Assembly (NCBI GenBank): GCA_964016885.1
Contig: OZ024763.1
Span: 16,678,001-16,742,000, forward strand
Source of the DNA: Eledone cirrhosa
Lineage: Eukaryota
Direction of reading: 5' to 3'
DNA length: 64,000 nucleotides
A model generated the notes under the pieces. The model did no database searches. It saw only the letters and a program-made list of their open reading frames with translations, and had not been told where the DNA came from. A program made the translations under genes and the position numbers. Of the stretch, positions 1-18,089 are shown in pieces (the first letter of the stretch is position 1; every line of letters begins with the position of its first letter).

Positions 1-2200
<2,200 letters not shown>

Positions 2201-2204
2201 ATGA

Positions 2205-2352
<148 letters not shown>

Positions 2353-2551
2353 AGGCTTCAGGAAACCAGACAGTAAATGATGATGATTACATGTCTGTGT
2401 GTATATATATATATACACCAACATACATACATACATACATACATACATACGCACACTGCATAGAATCATCATCATCATCATCATTTAACATCTGTTCACC
2501 CTAAACTTGACTAAGATGAGAATAAAAGAGACATTTTTCATTATATCTTGA

Positions 2552-2893
2552 ATGTTGTTGTTGTTGTTGTTAGTGGTGGTGTTAGCGGTGGTGGTGGTGG
2601 TGGTGTTTTTGCTGTTGTTGTTGGTGGTGCTCTTGGTGGTGGTGGTGTTGTTGGTGGTGGTGGTGGTGGGTGGTGCTTTTGGTGGTTGTGTTGTTGTTGT
2701 TGTTGTTGGTGGTGCTTTTGGTGGTGGTGGTGGTGTTGTTGGTGGTGGGGGGCTTTTGGTGGTTGTGTTGTTGTTGTTGGTGGTGGTGGTGTTAGTGTTG
2801 TTGTTGTTGTTAGTGGTGGTGGTGGTGGTGTTTTTGCTGTTGTTGTTGGTGGTGCTTTTGGTGGTGGTGGGGGGGCTTTTAGTGGTGGTGTTG

Positions 2894-2924
<31 letters not shown>

Positions 2925-3495
2925 GGTGGTAATGTTGTTGTTGTTAGTGGTGGTGGTGGTGGTGTTTTTGCTGTTGTTGGTGGTGCTTTTGGTGGTGGTG
3001 GTGGTGGGGGGGGCTTTTGGTGGTGGTGTTGTGTTGTTGTTGTTGTTGGTGGTGGTGGTGTTAGTGTTGTTGTTGTTGTTAGTGGTGGTTGTTGGTGGTG
3101 TTTTTGCTGTTGTTGTTGGTGGTGCTTTTGGTGGTGGTGGTGTTGTTGGTGGGGGTGGTGGTGGGGGGGTGCTTTTGGTGGTTGTGTTGTTGGTGTTGTT
3201 GTTGTTTGTGGTGGTGCTTTTGGTGGTGGGGGTGGTGGTGGTGTTGTTGTTGGTGTTGTTATTGAGTGTTGTGGTTGTTGGTGGTTGTTGTTGTGGTGGT
3301 AGTGTTGGCGTTTTTGTTTGTTGGTTGTGTTGTGGTAGTAGCGCTTTTGATGGTGTTGTGGTTGTTGTTGGTGGTGTTATATTTGTGGTTGTTGTTTTTT
3401 GTTGGTGTTGGTGTTGTTGTTGTTGTGGGTGTTATCTTTGATGTTGGAGTGGTAGTTGTTGTTTTTGTTGTTGTTGTTGGTGTGGTAGTTGTTTT
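2552..3495. repeat. (GGT)n/(GTT)n trinucleotide low-complexity tract
   Basis: Direct reading; poly-V/G/L ORFs are artefacts. Confidence 0.9.
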
Positions 3496-3736
3496 CAGAG
3501 TAGAAGTTTAAGACAGGGGAAAAGAAGAGACAACAAATAGTCATTGAGGAGGTCACGGAATGTGTGACAAAAGAACTTTGACAAATGAATGAATAACCAA
3601 CAATGTGAAAGTGAAAATTATATGGTGCATGTGTTTCTTTCTATCGGCAATATGTGCCACGTGACCATTTCCAAATATAACTATATCGGTTTCAACACAC
3701 AATTCCACATCAATCTTGTAAAACAAATGCATAAAC

Positions 3737-3771
<35 letters not shown>

Positions 3772-3774
<3 letters not shown>

Positions 3775-3884
3775 TCATTTCATTTTACGTCCGCTTTTCC
3801 CTGCTTGCAAGGGTGGGACGGGAACTGATTCTGGCTTGATTTCTACAGCTGGACGCCCTTCCTAACACCAACCTCATTTACAGT
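3772..3884 (-). mobile_element. 3' part of SINE family A (RTE-type tail)
   Basis: Reverse complement matches the 3' ~110 bp of the full copy at 41482-41817 (actgtaaatgaggttggtgttaggaaggg...cccacccttgcaagcagggaaaagcggacgtaaaatgaaatgatgat). Confidence 0.9.
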
Positions 3885-6800
3885 ACTCACTGTCAAGTGG
3901 TCGTGTAGGCGCCATGGTAAAAAAACCCCAGTACTCACTGTCAAGTGGTCGTGTAGGCGCCATGGTAAAAAACCCCCAGTACTCACTGTCAAGTGGTCGT
4001 GTAGGCGCCATGGTAAAAAACCACCCAGTACTCACTGTCAAGTGGTCGTGTAGGCGCTATGGTAAAAAAGCACCCAGTACTCACTGTCAAGTGGTCGTGT
4101 AGGCGCCATGGTAAAAAAGCACCCAGTACTCACTGTCAAGTGGTCGTGTAGGCGCCACGGTAAAAAAGCACCCAGTACTCACTGTCAAGTGGTCGTGTAG
4201 GTGCCACAGTAAAAAAGCACCCAGTACTCACTGTCAAGTGGTCGTGTAGGTGCCACAGTAAAAAAGCACCCAGTACTCACTGTCAAGTGGTCGTGTCTGC
4301 ATCACGGTAAAAAAGCACCCACTGCTCACTGTCAAGTGGTCGTGTAGGCGCCACGGTAAAAAACCACCCAGTACTCACTGTCAAGTGGTCGTGTAGGTGC
4401 CACAGTAAAAAAGCACCCAGTACTCACTGTCAAGTGGTCGTGTAGGTGCCACAGTAAAAAAGCACTCAGTACTCACTGTCAAGTGGTCGTGTCTGCATCA
4501 CGGTAAAAAAGCACCCAGTACTCACTGTCAAGTGGTCGTGTAGGCGCCACGGTAAAAAAGCACCCAGTACTCACTGTCAAGTGGTCGTGTAGGCGCCACG
4601 GTAAAAAAGCACCCAGTACTCACTGTCAAGTGGTCGTGTAGGCGCCATGGTAAAAAAGCACCCAGTACTCACTGTCAAGTGGTCGTGTAGGCGCCACGGT
4701 AAAAAAGCACCCAGTACTCACTGTCAATTGGTCGTGTAGGCGCCACGGTAAAAAAGCACCCAGTACTCACTGTCAAGTGGTCGTGTAGGCGCCACGGTAA
4801 AAAAGCACCCAGTACTCACTGTCAATTGGTCGTGTAGGCGCCACGGTAAAAAATCACCCAGTACTCACTGTCAAGTGGTCGTATAGGCGCCACGGTAAAA
4901 AAGCACCCAGTACTCACTGTCAATTGGTCGTGTAGGCGCCACGGTAAAAAAGCACCCAGTACTCACTGTCAATTGGTCGTGTAGGCGCCACGGTAAAAAA
5001 GCACTCAGTACTCACTGTCAAGTGGTCGTGTAGGCGCCATGGTAAAAAAGCACCCAGTACTCACTGTCAAGTGGTCGTATAGGCGCCACGGTAAAAAAGC
5101 ACCCAGTACTCACTGTCAAGTGGTCGTGTAGGCGCCACGGTAAAAAAGCACCCAGTACTCACTGTCAAGTGGTCGTGTAGGCGCCATGGTAAAAAAGCAC
5201 CCAGTACTCACTGTCAAGTGGTCGTGTAGGCGCCACGGTAAAAAAGCACCCAGTACTCACTGTCAATTGGTCGTGTAGGCGCCACGGTAAAAAAGCACTC
5301 AGTACTCACTGTCAAGTGGTCGTGTAGGCGCCATGGTAAAAAAGCACCCAGTACTCACTGTCAAGTGGTCGTATAGGCGCCACGGTAAAAAAGCACCCAG
5401 TACTCACTGTCAAGTGGTCGTGTAGGCGCCACGGTAAAAAAGCACCCAGTACTCACTGTCAAGTGGTCGTGTAGGCGCCACGGTAAAAAAGCACCCAGTA
5501 CTCACTGTCAAGTGGTCGTGTAGGTGCCACAGTAAAAAAGCACCCAGTACTCACTGTCAAGTGGTCGTGTAGGTGCCACAGTAAAAAAGCACCCAGTACT
5601 CACTGTCAAGTGGTCGTATAGGTGCCACGGTAAAAAAGCACCCAGTACTCACTGTCAAGTGGTCGTGTCTGCATCATGGTAAAAAAGCACCCACTGCTCA
5701 CTGTCAAGTGGTCGTGTAGGCGCCACGGTAAAAAACCACCCAGTACTCACTGTCAAGTGGTCGTGTAGGTGCCACAGTAAAAAAGCACCCAGTACTCACT
5801 GTCAAGTGGTCGTGTAGGCGCCATGGTAAAAAAGCACCCAGTACTCACTGTCAAGTGGTCGTGTAGGCGCCACGGTAAAAAAGCACCCAGTACTCACTGT
5901 CAAGTGGTCGTGTAGGCGCCATGGTAAAAAAGCACCCAGTACTTACTGTCAAGTGGTCGTGCCTGCATCACGGTAAAAAAGCACCCAGTGCTCACTGTCA
6001 AGTGGTCGTGTAGGTGCCACAGTAAAAAAGCACCCAGTACTCACTGTCAAGTGGTCGTATAGGTGCCACGGTAAAAAAGCACCCAGTACTCACTGTCAAG
6101 TGGTCATGTCTGCATCACGGTAAAAAAGCACCCAGTGCTCACTGTCAAGTGGTCGTGTAGGCGCCACGGTAAAAAACCACCCAGTACTCACTGTCAAGTG
6201 GTCGTGTAGGTGCCACAGTAAAAAAGCACCCAGTACTCACTGTCAAGTGGTCGTGTAGGTGCCACAGTAAAAAAGCACCCAGTACTCACTGTCAAGTGGT
6301 CGTGTAGGCGCCATGGTAAAAAAGCACCCAGTACTCACTGTCAAGTGGTCGTGTAGGCGCCATGGTAAAAAAGCACCCAGTACTCACTGTCAAGTGGTCG
6401 TGTAGGCGCCATGGTAAAAAAGCACCCAGTACTCACTGTCAAGTGGTCGTGTGTGCATCACGGTAAAAAAGCACCCAGTACTCACTGTCAATTGGTCGTG
6501 TAGGCGCCACGGTAAAAAAGCACCCAGTACTCACTGTCAAGTGGTCGTGTAGGCGCCATGGTTAAAAAGCACCCAGTACTCACTGTCAAGTGGTCGTGTA
6601 GGCGCCATGGTAAAAAAGCACCCAGTACTCACTGTCAATTGGTCGTGTAGGCGCCATGGTAAAAAAGCACCCAGTACTCACTGTCAAGTGGTCGTGTAGG
6701 CGCCATGGTAAAAAAGCACCCAGTACTCACTGTCAAGTGGTCGTGTAGGCCCCACGGTAAAAAATCACCCAGTACTCACTGTCAATTGGTCGTGTAGGCG

Positions 6801-7076
6801 CCATGGTAAAAAAGTACCCAGTACTCACTGTCAAGTGGTCGTGTAGGCGCCATGGTAAAAAAGCACCCAGTACTCACTGTCAAGTGGTCGTGTAGGCGCC
6901 ATGGTAAAAAAGCACCCAGTACTCACTGTCAAGTGGTCGTGTGTGCATCACGGTAAAAAAGCACCCAGTACTCACTGTCAAGTGGTCGTGTAGGCGCCAT
7001 GGTAAAAAAGCACCCAGTACTCACTGTCAAGTGGTCGTGTAGGCGCCATGGTAAAAAATCACCCAGTACTCACTGT
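3881..7076 (+). repeat. Tandem array of a 49-bp SINE-internal module, about 65 copies
   Basis: Unit cagtactcactgtcaagtggtcgtgtaggcgccacggtaaaaaagcacc; the same module occurs 1-2 times in SINEs at about 41655-41710 and 62853-62950. Confidence 0.95.
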
Positions 7077-7239
7077 AAATGTCTTTGGTGTTAGGAAGAG
7101 CATCCAGCTGTAGCAATCAAGCCAAAATCAGTTCTGTATGAGCAAGACATGGTCACCTGACCTGGCATTGCCCACAACAGGACAACCCGTCGAACCCATG
7201 CTAGCGTGGAAGAATGAACGTAAAATAATGATAATGATG
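7070..7239 (+). mobile_element. SINE 3' end following the array (RTE-type tail)
   Basis: cactgtaaatg..ggtgttaggaagagcatccagctgtag...acccatgctagcgtggaagaatgaacgtaaaataatgat; similar to 62940-63098. Confidence 0.85.
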
Positions 7240-7458
7240 GTTTCTTATATACGCACAAGGCCAGCAATTTTGTGTAGAAGGGGAAATTGATAAATTCAAC
7301 CCCAATGCGTGACTGGTACTTTATTTTATCGACCCCCCCGTATGGATGAAAGGCAAAGTTAACCTCGGCGGGATTTAAACTCAGATCATAAAGGGCCGTA
7401 ACTCTGTGCTGCAAAGCATGGCGTCCGACCCTCTACTGATACTGCCAATCCACTGCCC
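7240..7458 (-). mobile_element. tRNA-derived SINE family B
   Basis: Reverse complement has A-box-like tggcagtatcagt, B-box-like gagtttaaatcc and the family core ctttgcctttcatcc..ggggtcgataaaataaagtaccagt; matches 49484-49673. Confidence 0.88.
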
Positions 7459-7649
7459 TAAAAATAATGATAATAATAGTAATAATAATAATAATACAAT
7501 AAGAGAAATTAAATAAAAATTGGTTCCAAATTCTCAGTCTGGCAGAGGTTATGTTGCATTGTGGACCGAAAGTCGACATTTAACGAATTAATATAATAAT
7601 TAAGTCTAACTTGGCTGTAATATAATTTTGTTTATGTACCACAACTGGC

Positions 7650-7945
7650 ATATATATACACACATTATGTATATATGTGTGTATACATGTTATATATATA
7701 TATATATATATTAAGTTAATTTTATAATTTTCTTATTTTACGTCTCTTATATATATATATATGTATATATCTGTATACAGGCATACATATATATATATAT
7801 CTACTGACACACACATATGTATATATGCACACACACACACATACATATATATATATACATATATATATAAATATATCATAATAAATGACAAATATAGAGA
7901 TACAAAAACAATTAGTGTTATGATATATAAAATAAAAATATATTT

Positions 7946-8005
<60 letters not shown>

Positions 8006-8351
8006 TGCAGACACTGAAAAAAGCAAACAAATATAGTCTCACATACATACATACATACATACACATACATATATAGATACATACATACATATGTATGCAC
8101 CTACATACACACACACTCACATACATACATACATATATATACATACATAGGGACACACACACTCATACACTCACACATACATAGAGACAAAGACACACAT
8201 ACAGATACATACATATATACATATATAGAGACAGACACATATACACACACATGCATACATATATACATATATAGACTAAGACACACATACACACATACAT
8301 ACACACATACACACATACATACATACATACATACATACATACATACATACA

Positions 8352-8387
<36 letters not shown>

Positions 8388-8727
8388 GAGAGAAAACGTA
8401 CATACATACATACATGTATACATACATACAGACAAATACATACATGCATATATATATATATAGAGAGAGAGAGGGGGGGAAAAGACACACATACACATAT
8501 ATATATATGTATATATATATAGACAAAAACACACATACATACACACATGCATACATACATATATATAGAGAGAGACAGACACACATACATACATACATAT
8601 ATATATATATATAGACAAAACACACATACATACACACATGCATATATACATATATATAGAGAGAGACACAGACATACATACATATATATATAGACAGACA
8701 CACATACATACACACACAGACATACAG

Positions 8728-8782
<55 letters not shown>

Positions 8783-9200
8783 AAGACACACATATACATA
8801 CAGACATATATATATATATACAAAGACACACATACATACAGACATACATATATATACATATATATAGACAAAAACACACACATACACACATGCATACATA
8901 CATATATATAGAGAGAGACAGACACACATACATATATATATATACAAAGACACATACACACACATACATATATACAGAAAAAGACACATACATACACACA
9001 TCTATACATATATATATATATACACAAAGACACATATACACACACATACATATATATATTTATAGAGAGAGGGGCAATGACATACATATATATATATATA
9101 TCATCATCATCATATATATATACATATACAAAGACCCATACACACACATACACACACATACATATATATATATATATATGAAGACACACATACACACATC
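7650..9200. repeat. (TA)n/(CATA)n/(CA)n compound microsatellite
   Basis: Direct reading. Confidence 0.92.
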
Positions 9201-9294
9201 TATTGAGACAAGACCAACACCATTGAATGTAGAAAGGAACAGGAGAATATAAGCCAAGGGACAAACCATATTCCATTGATTCCCTTGTCTGAGA

Positions 9295-9980
9295 ACACCA
9301 ACACCACCATCATCACCATCATCATCACCATCATCATCACCATCATCACCACCATCACCACCATCATCATCACCATCACCATCATCATCACCAACACCAT
9401 CACCATCATCATCACCAACACCATCACCATCATTTCCACCAACACCACCATCATCTCCACCATCTCCACCATCACCACCATCACCATCACTACCATCTCC
9501 ACCATCACCACCATCACCATCACTACCATCACCAACACCATCACCAACACCATCATCACCACCAACACCATCATCACCACCATCACCACCACCATCATCA
9601 ACACCATCACCACCATCATCACCATCACCATCATCACCAACACCATCACCACCATCATCACCATCACCATCATTACCAACACCATCATCAACACCATCAT
9701 CACCATAATCATCAGCACCACCACCTTCATCACCATCACCACCATCACCAACACCACCAACACCATCACCAACACCATCACCAACACCATCATCACCAAC
9801 ACCAACACCATCATCACCAACACCATCACCACCAACACCAACACCAACACCATCACCAACACCATCATCATCACCAACACCATCATCACCATCATCACCA
9901 ACACCATCACCATCATCACCATCATCACCACCACCATCATCACCATCATCATCACCACCATCATCATGACCATCACCACC
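9295..9980. repeat. (CAT/CAC)n trinucleotide tract
   Basis: Direct reading; T/I and D/G ORFs are artefacts. Confidence 0.92.
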
Positions 9981-10018
9981 AGCGTGTGGGGTAGTCCGAT
10001 ATTGATGTCCCAACCCAA

Positions 10019-10960
10019 GAGAGAGAGAGAGAGAAATGGGAAGAGACGGGGGGGGGGGCAAGAAAGAGAGAGAAAGAGGAGTGAAAGCAAGAGAGAAAAG
10101 GAAAGAGAGAGAGGAGAGGAAGAAGAGAGAAAGGGAGAGACAGATGAAGGAGGAAAAAAAGAGCAGAGAGAGGAAGGGAGTAAAGAGATAGAGAGCGGGG
10201 GGATACACAGGGCAAGGAGGGGAAGAGAAATAGAAGAGGAAGGGGGAGGTAGAGAGAGAGAGAAACAGAGAGAGGAAAGGAGAGAAATAGAAGAGGAAGG
10301 GGGAGGTAGAGAGAGAGATGGGAGAGAGGGACAGATACATAAAGAGAAAGAGATCGAGAGAGAGATAGAGAGATAGGTATAGATAGATTGAGAGAGTGAG
10401 AGATAGAGAGGAAGAGAGAGAGAGACAAAGGAGGGATAAATTGATAAGAAGAGAGGGAGAGATAGATAGATAGTGGAAGAAAGAGAGAGGGGGTAAGAAG
10501 AGAGAGATAGAGCGAGTGGAAAAGAGAGAGAGAGAGGGTATAATTTGATAAGAAGTGAGAGAGAGAGAGAGTGGAAAAGAGAGAGAGGGGGTCAGAAGAG
10601 AGAGATGGAGAGGGGGGGGGCTTACTTTGATAAAAAGAGAGATAGAGAGAGTGGAAGAGAAAGGGAGGGGGATAAGAAGAGAGAGAGAGGGTATAAATTG
10701 ATAAGAAGAGAGAGAGAGAGAGGGGGTATAAATTGATAAGAAGAGAGAGAGAGAGAGGGTATAAATTGATAAGAAGAGAGAGAGGGGGTATAAATTGATA
10801 AGAAGAGAGAGAGGGGGGGTATAAATTGATAAGAGAGAGATAGAGAGAGAGGGCTGGGGTATAAGTTGATAAGAAGAGAGAGAGAGAGAGAGAGAGAGGG
10901 CGGGGGTATAAGTTGCTAAGAAGAGAGAGAGAGAGAGAGATGGAGAGAGGTGGAGAGGGA
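10019..10960. repeat. GA-rich tract including the minisatellite gggtataaattgataagaag(ag)n
   Basis: Anchor 'ataaattgataagaagagag' repeated several times between about 10690 and 10920. Confidence 0.88.
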
Positions 10961-11028
10961 GTGATGTTTGATGTGGAGCAAAAGAGTGAAAATTGTAGGT
11001 TGTAAATATTGGCTTGTAGTAAATATCT

Positions 11029-11230
11029 GGGGAGAACTGGTGGGAAGTGGGGAGAACTGGTGGGAAGTGGGGAGAACTGGTGAGAAGTGGGGAGAACTGG
11101 TGGGAAGTGGGGAGAACTGGTGGGAAGTGGGGAGAACTGGTGGGAAGTGGGGAGAACTGGTGAGAAGTGGGGAGAACTGGTGGGAAGTGGGGAGAACTGG
11201 TGGGAAGTGGGGAGAACTGGTGGGAAGTGG
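11029..11230. repeat. 20-bp minisatellite ggggagaactggtgggaagt, about 10 copies
   Basis: Near-perfect tandem copies. Confidence 0.95.
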
Positions 11231-11289
11231 CTGAATTATTTGATCTATAAAAGCTCAAGTGACTGTGAAATAAGGGCTCCACCTCCTCC

Positions 11290-11778
11290 ACCACCCCTGG
11301 GTATAGACACCACCACCACCACCAACCCCTTGGATATAGGCACCACCACCACCACCGCCCCTTTGGTATAGACACCACCACCACTGCCACCACACCTTTG
11401 GATATAGATACCACCACCACACCCTTGGATATAGATACCACCACCACCACCACCACCACCACCCCTTGGATATAGACACCATCTCCACCACCCCTGGGTA
11501 TAGACACCGCCACCACCACCCCTTTGGTATAGACACCACCACCACCCCTTTGGTATAGACACCACCACCCCTTTGGTATAGACACCGCCACCACCCCTTG
11601 ATATAGACACCACCACCACCACCCCCTTGGATATAGACACCCCCCAACCCCTGGATAGCCACCAACTCCACCACACCCTTTGATATAGACACCACCTCCA
11701 CCACTCCCTTGGATATAGACACCCCCCAACCCCTGGATAGCCACCACCACCACCACCCCCTTTGATATAGCCACCACC
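11290..11778. repeat. Minisatellite ccccttggatatagac(acc)n, unit about 28-40 bp
   Basis: Repeated 'tatagacaccaccacc' anchors. Confidence 0.9.
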
Positions 11779-11849
11779 TCAGTCTCCTGAGACACCCCTC
11801 TCCGATACCCTATCCCTTGGTCATCTACACCGCCACCATTATCTCTCCT

Positions 11850-12025
11850 TGAACTGGCAGTATTGGTAGAGGGTCAGACATGCTTTCCAGCGTAGTTACC
11901 TCCCTTTATGATCTGAGTTCAAATCCCGCCGAGGTTGACTTTGCCTTTCATCCTTACGGGGTCGATAAAATAAAGTACCAGTAATGTACTGGGTAATTGC
12001 TGGCCTTGTGCCTAAAGTAGAAACA
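11850..12025 (+). mobile_element. SINE family B with 12-bp TSD
   Basis: B-box gagttcaaatcc and family core; TSD attatctctcct at 11838-11849 and 12026-12037. Confidence 0.92.
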
Positions 12026-12239
12026 ATTATCTCTCCTCCTTCTTAGACACTCCTCTCCTATACTCCTCCTCCAACACCCCTCTCCGACACCCCTGCCCTC
12101 CGACCCTCACTCCATTCACTCCATCCTTCGGTGGTCATCCACCACCACCACCACCATCATCATCATCTTCAGACACACCCCTCCGTCACCCGCTCGGCCC
12201 CGACTCCATATAATCTCTTGGTCATCCCTATCCCCCATC

Positions 12240-12900
12240 CTCAGACCCCTCAATCCACACCATCACTCAGTCATCCCGCTCCCCCATACTCAGACAGCCC
12301 CCTCGGACACCTTCAGCCTCACTCCACGCCATCACTCAGTCATCCCACTCCCCCATACTCAGACACCCCCTCGGAAACTCCTTCAGCCCTCACTCCACAC
12401 CATCACTGTCATCCCACTCATACTCAGACACCCCTTTCGGACACCCCTTTAGCCTTCACTCCACATCATCACTCAGTCATCCCACTCCCCCATACTCAGA
12501 CAGCCCCCTCGGACACCTCTTCAGCCTCACTCCATACCATCACTCATTCATCCCACTCCCCCATACTCAGACACCCCTCTCGGACACCCCTTCAGCCCTT
12601 ACTCCACACCATCACTCATTCATCCCACTCCCCCATACTCAGATACCCCTCTCGGACACCCCCTTCAGCCTTCACTCCACATCATCACTCAGTCATCCCA
12701 CTCCCCCATACTCAGACATCCCCCTCAGACACCTCTTCAGCCTCACTCCACACCATCACTCATTCATCCTGCTCCCCCATACTCAGACACCTCTTCAGCC
12801 TCACTCCACATCATCACTCAGTCATCCCACACCCCCATACTCAGACACCCCCCGCAGAGACCCCTTCAGCCTTCACTCCACACCATCACTCATTCATCCC
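12240..12900. repeat. Minisatellite of about 55-70 bp (cttcagcctcactccacaccatcactcagtcatcccactcccccatactcagacacc...)
   Basis: About 10 diverged tandem copies. Confidence 0.88.
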
Positions 12901-13950
12901 ACAGCCACCACCATCACCAGCTCAACCACTACCACCACAGCCACCACCACCACCTCAATCACCACCACTACCACAGCCACCACCATCACCAGCTCAACCA
13001 CTACCACCACAGCCACCACCACCACCTCAATCACCACCATCACCAGCTCAACCACTACCACCACAGCCACCACCACCACCTCAATCACCACCACTACCAC
13101 AGCCACCACCATCACCAGCTCAACCACTACCACCACAGCCACCACCACCACCTCAATCACCACCACTACCACAGCCACCACCATCACCAGCTCAACCACT
13201 ACCACCACAGCCACCACCACCACCTCAATCACCACCACTACCACAGCCACCACCATCACCAGCTCAACCACTACCACCACAGCCACCACCACCACCTCAA
13301 TCACCACCACTACCACAGCCACCACCATCACCAGCTCAACCACTACCACCACAGCCACCACCACCACCTCAATCACCACCACTACCACAGCCACCACCAT
13401 CACCAGCTCAACCACTACCACCACAGCCACCACCACCACCTCAATCACCACCACTACCACAGCCACCACCGCCACCACCTCAACCACCACTACTACCACA
13501 GCCGCCACCACCATCAGCACCACCACCACTACTACCACAGCCACCACCACCACCTCAACCACCACCACTACCACAGCCACCACCACCTCAACCACCACCA
13601 CTACCACAGCCACCACCACCTCAACCACCACCACTACCACAGCCACCACCACCTCTACCACCACAGCCACCACCACCACCACCTCAACCACCACCACTAC
13701 CACAGCCACCACCACCTCAACCACCACCACTACCACAGCCACCACCACCTCTACCACCACAGCCACCACCACCACCACCTCAACCACCACCACTACCACA
13801 GCCACCACCACCTCAACCACCACCACTACCACAGCCACCACCACCTCTACCACCACAGCCACCACCACCACCACCTCAACCACCACCACTACCACAGCCA
13901 CCACCACCTCTACCACCACAGCCACCACCACCACCACCACAGCCACCACC
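12900..13950. repeat. (CCA)n-derived minisatellite with a 72-bp higher-order unit
   Basis: Translates as [24 protein letters not shown] repeats; derived from a CCA triplet. Confidence 0.88.
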
Positions 13951-14059
13951 ACATACCAATCCAGCTTCCCCTCCCTCCCCCCCCCCCTCTACACCACACC
14001 ACTGGTCAATGCTGCCATCCCTTCCAACATACTACAATTGTCTGTATGTATGTTAGGGC

Positions 14060-16970
<2,911 letters not shown>

Positions 16971-17029
16971 TTGATATCAACTACGGTAGGTGAGGTGGTG
17001 GGGTGACACTTATGATGATATCATTGCTG

Positions 17030-17190
17030 TTATGATGATGTTAGTGATGATGATGATGGTGCTGATCATAATGATGATGATGATGATGATGATAGTTATG
17101 TTGATGTTAGTAATGATGATGATGAGGATGCTGATGTTTAGGTTGATGATGATGATGATGATGATGGTGTTGAGTTTGGTGAAGATAATC

Positions 17191-17223
<33 letters not shown>

Positions 17224-17758
17224 GTGATGTTGATGTTAGCAATGATGATGATGATGGTGATGATGATAAGCTGATGATGATGATGATGATGATGGTGTTG
17301 TTGAGTTTGGTGAAGATAATCATGATGTTGATGATGATGATGATGATGATGGTGATGTTAGCAATGATGATGATGGTGATGATGATAGTGATGTTGATGT
17401 TAGTGATGATGATGGTGTTGAGTTTGGTGAAGATAATCATGATAATGTTGATGATGATGGTGATGTTAGTAATGATGATGATGGTGATGTTAGTAATGAT
17501 GATGATGGTGATGTTAGTAATGATGATGATGGTGATGATAAGCTGATGATGGTGATGGTGTTGTTGTTGAGTTTGATGATGATGATGATGATGGTGATGA
17601 TGATAATTTTAGTGATGATGGTGGTCGTTGTTATATTTATGATGATGGTGGTTGTGAAGATGATGATGATGATGATGGTGAAGATGATGATGATGACAAT
17701 GATAGTGATGATGATGATGCGGTTGATAGTTTTGTTGATGACGACGATGATGATGATG
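17030..17758. repeat. (GAT)n-rich tract with repeated subunit ggtgttgagtttggtgaagataatcatgat
   Basis: Direct reading; poly-M ORFs are artefacts. Confidence 0.9.
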
Positions 17759-17913
17759 GAAAACAATAAATCTTTAATCTAACATCGTCGTTTTTATCTA
17801 ACTTACATCAACTCACGTCTTTAACCCTAAGTTTCTATTAATATTAACCATTTTATTACTACATCTCTCATGAAGCACACCACCTATGTTCTTCAATTAA
17901 TGTTGGAAATAAT

Positions 17914-18027
17914 TGTTTCTACTTTTAGCACAAGGCCAGCAGTTATCACAGTGTATTACTGGTACTTTATTTTATCGACCCCGTAAGGATGAAAGGCAAA
18001 GTTAACCTCGACGGGATTTGAACTCAG
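17914..18027 (-). mobile_element. 5'-truncated SINE family B with 19-bp TSD
   Basis: TSD aattaatgttggaaataat at 17895-17913 and 18028-18046. Confidence 0.9.
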
Positions 18028-18089
18028 AATTAATGTTGGAAATAATGAACAAATTGGTGTACTCTTTTGGTCATAACCCAATACTTTTG

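Noticed and set aside
3881-7076. CRISPR-like array
   Set aside because: Units are contiguous near-identical 49-mers with no unique spacers, there are no cas genes, and the unit is a SINE-internal module
9060-11795. 911-aa ORF with D/G-rich and hydrophobic segments
   Set aside because: Concatenation of unrelated simple repeats
12131-14056. 641-aa proline-rich extensin/formin-like ORF
   Set aside because: Built entirely from CCA-triplet and minisatellite repeats, partly open on the opposite strand too; no recognisable domain or splice context
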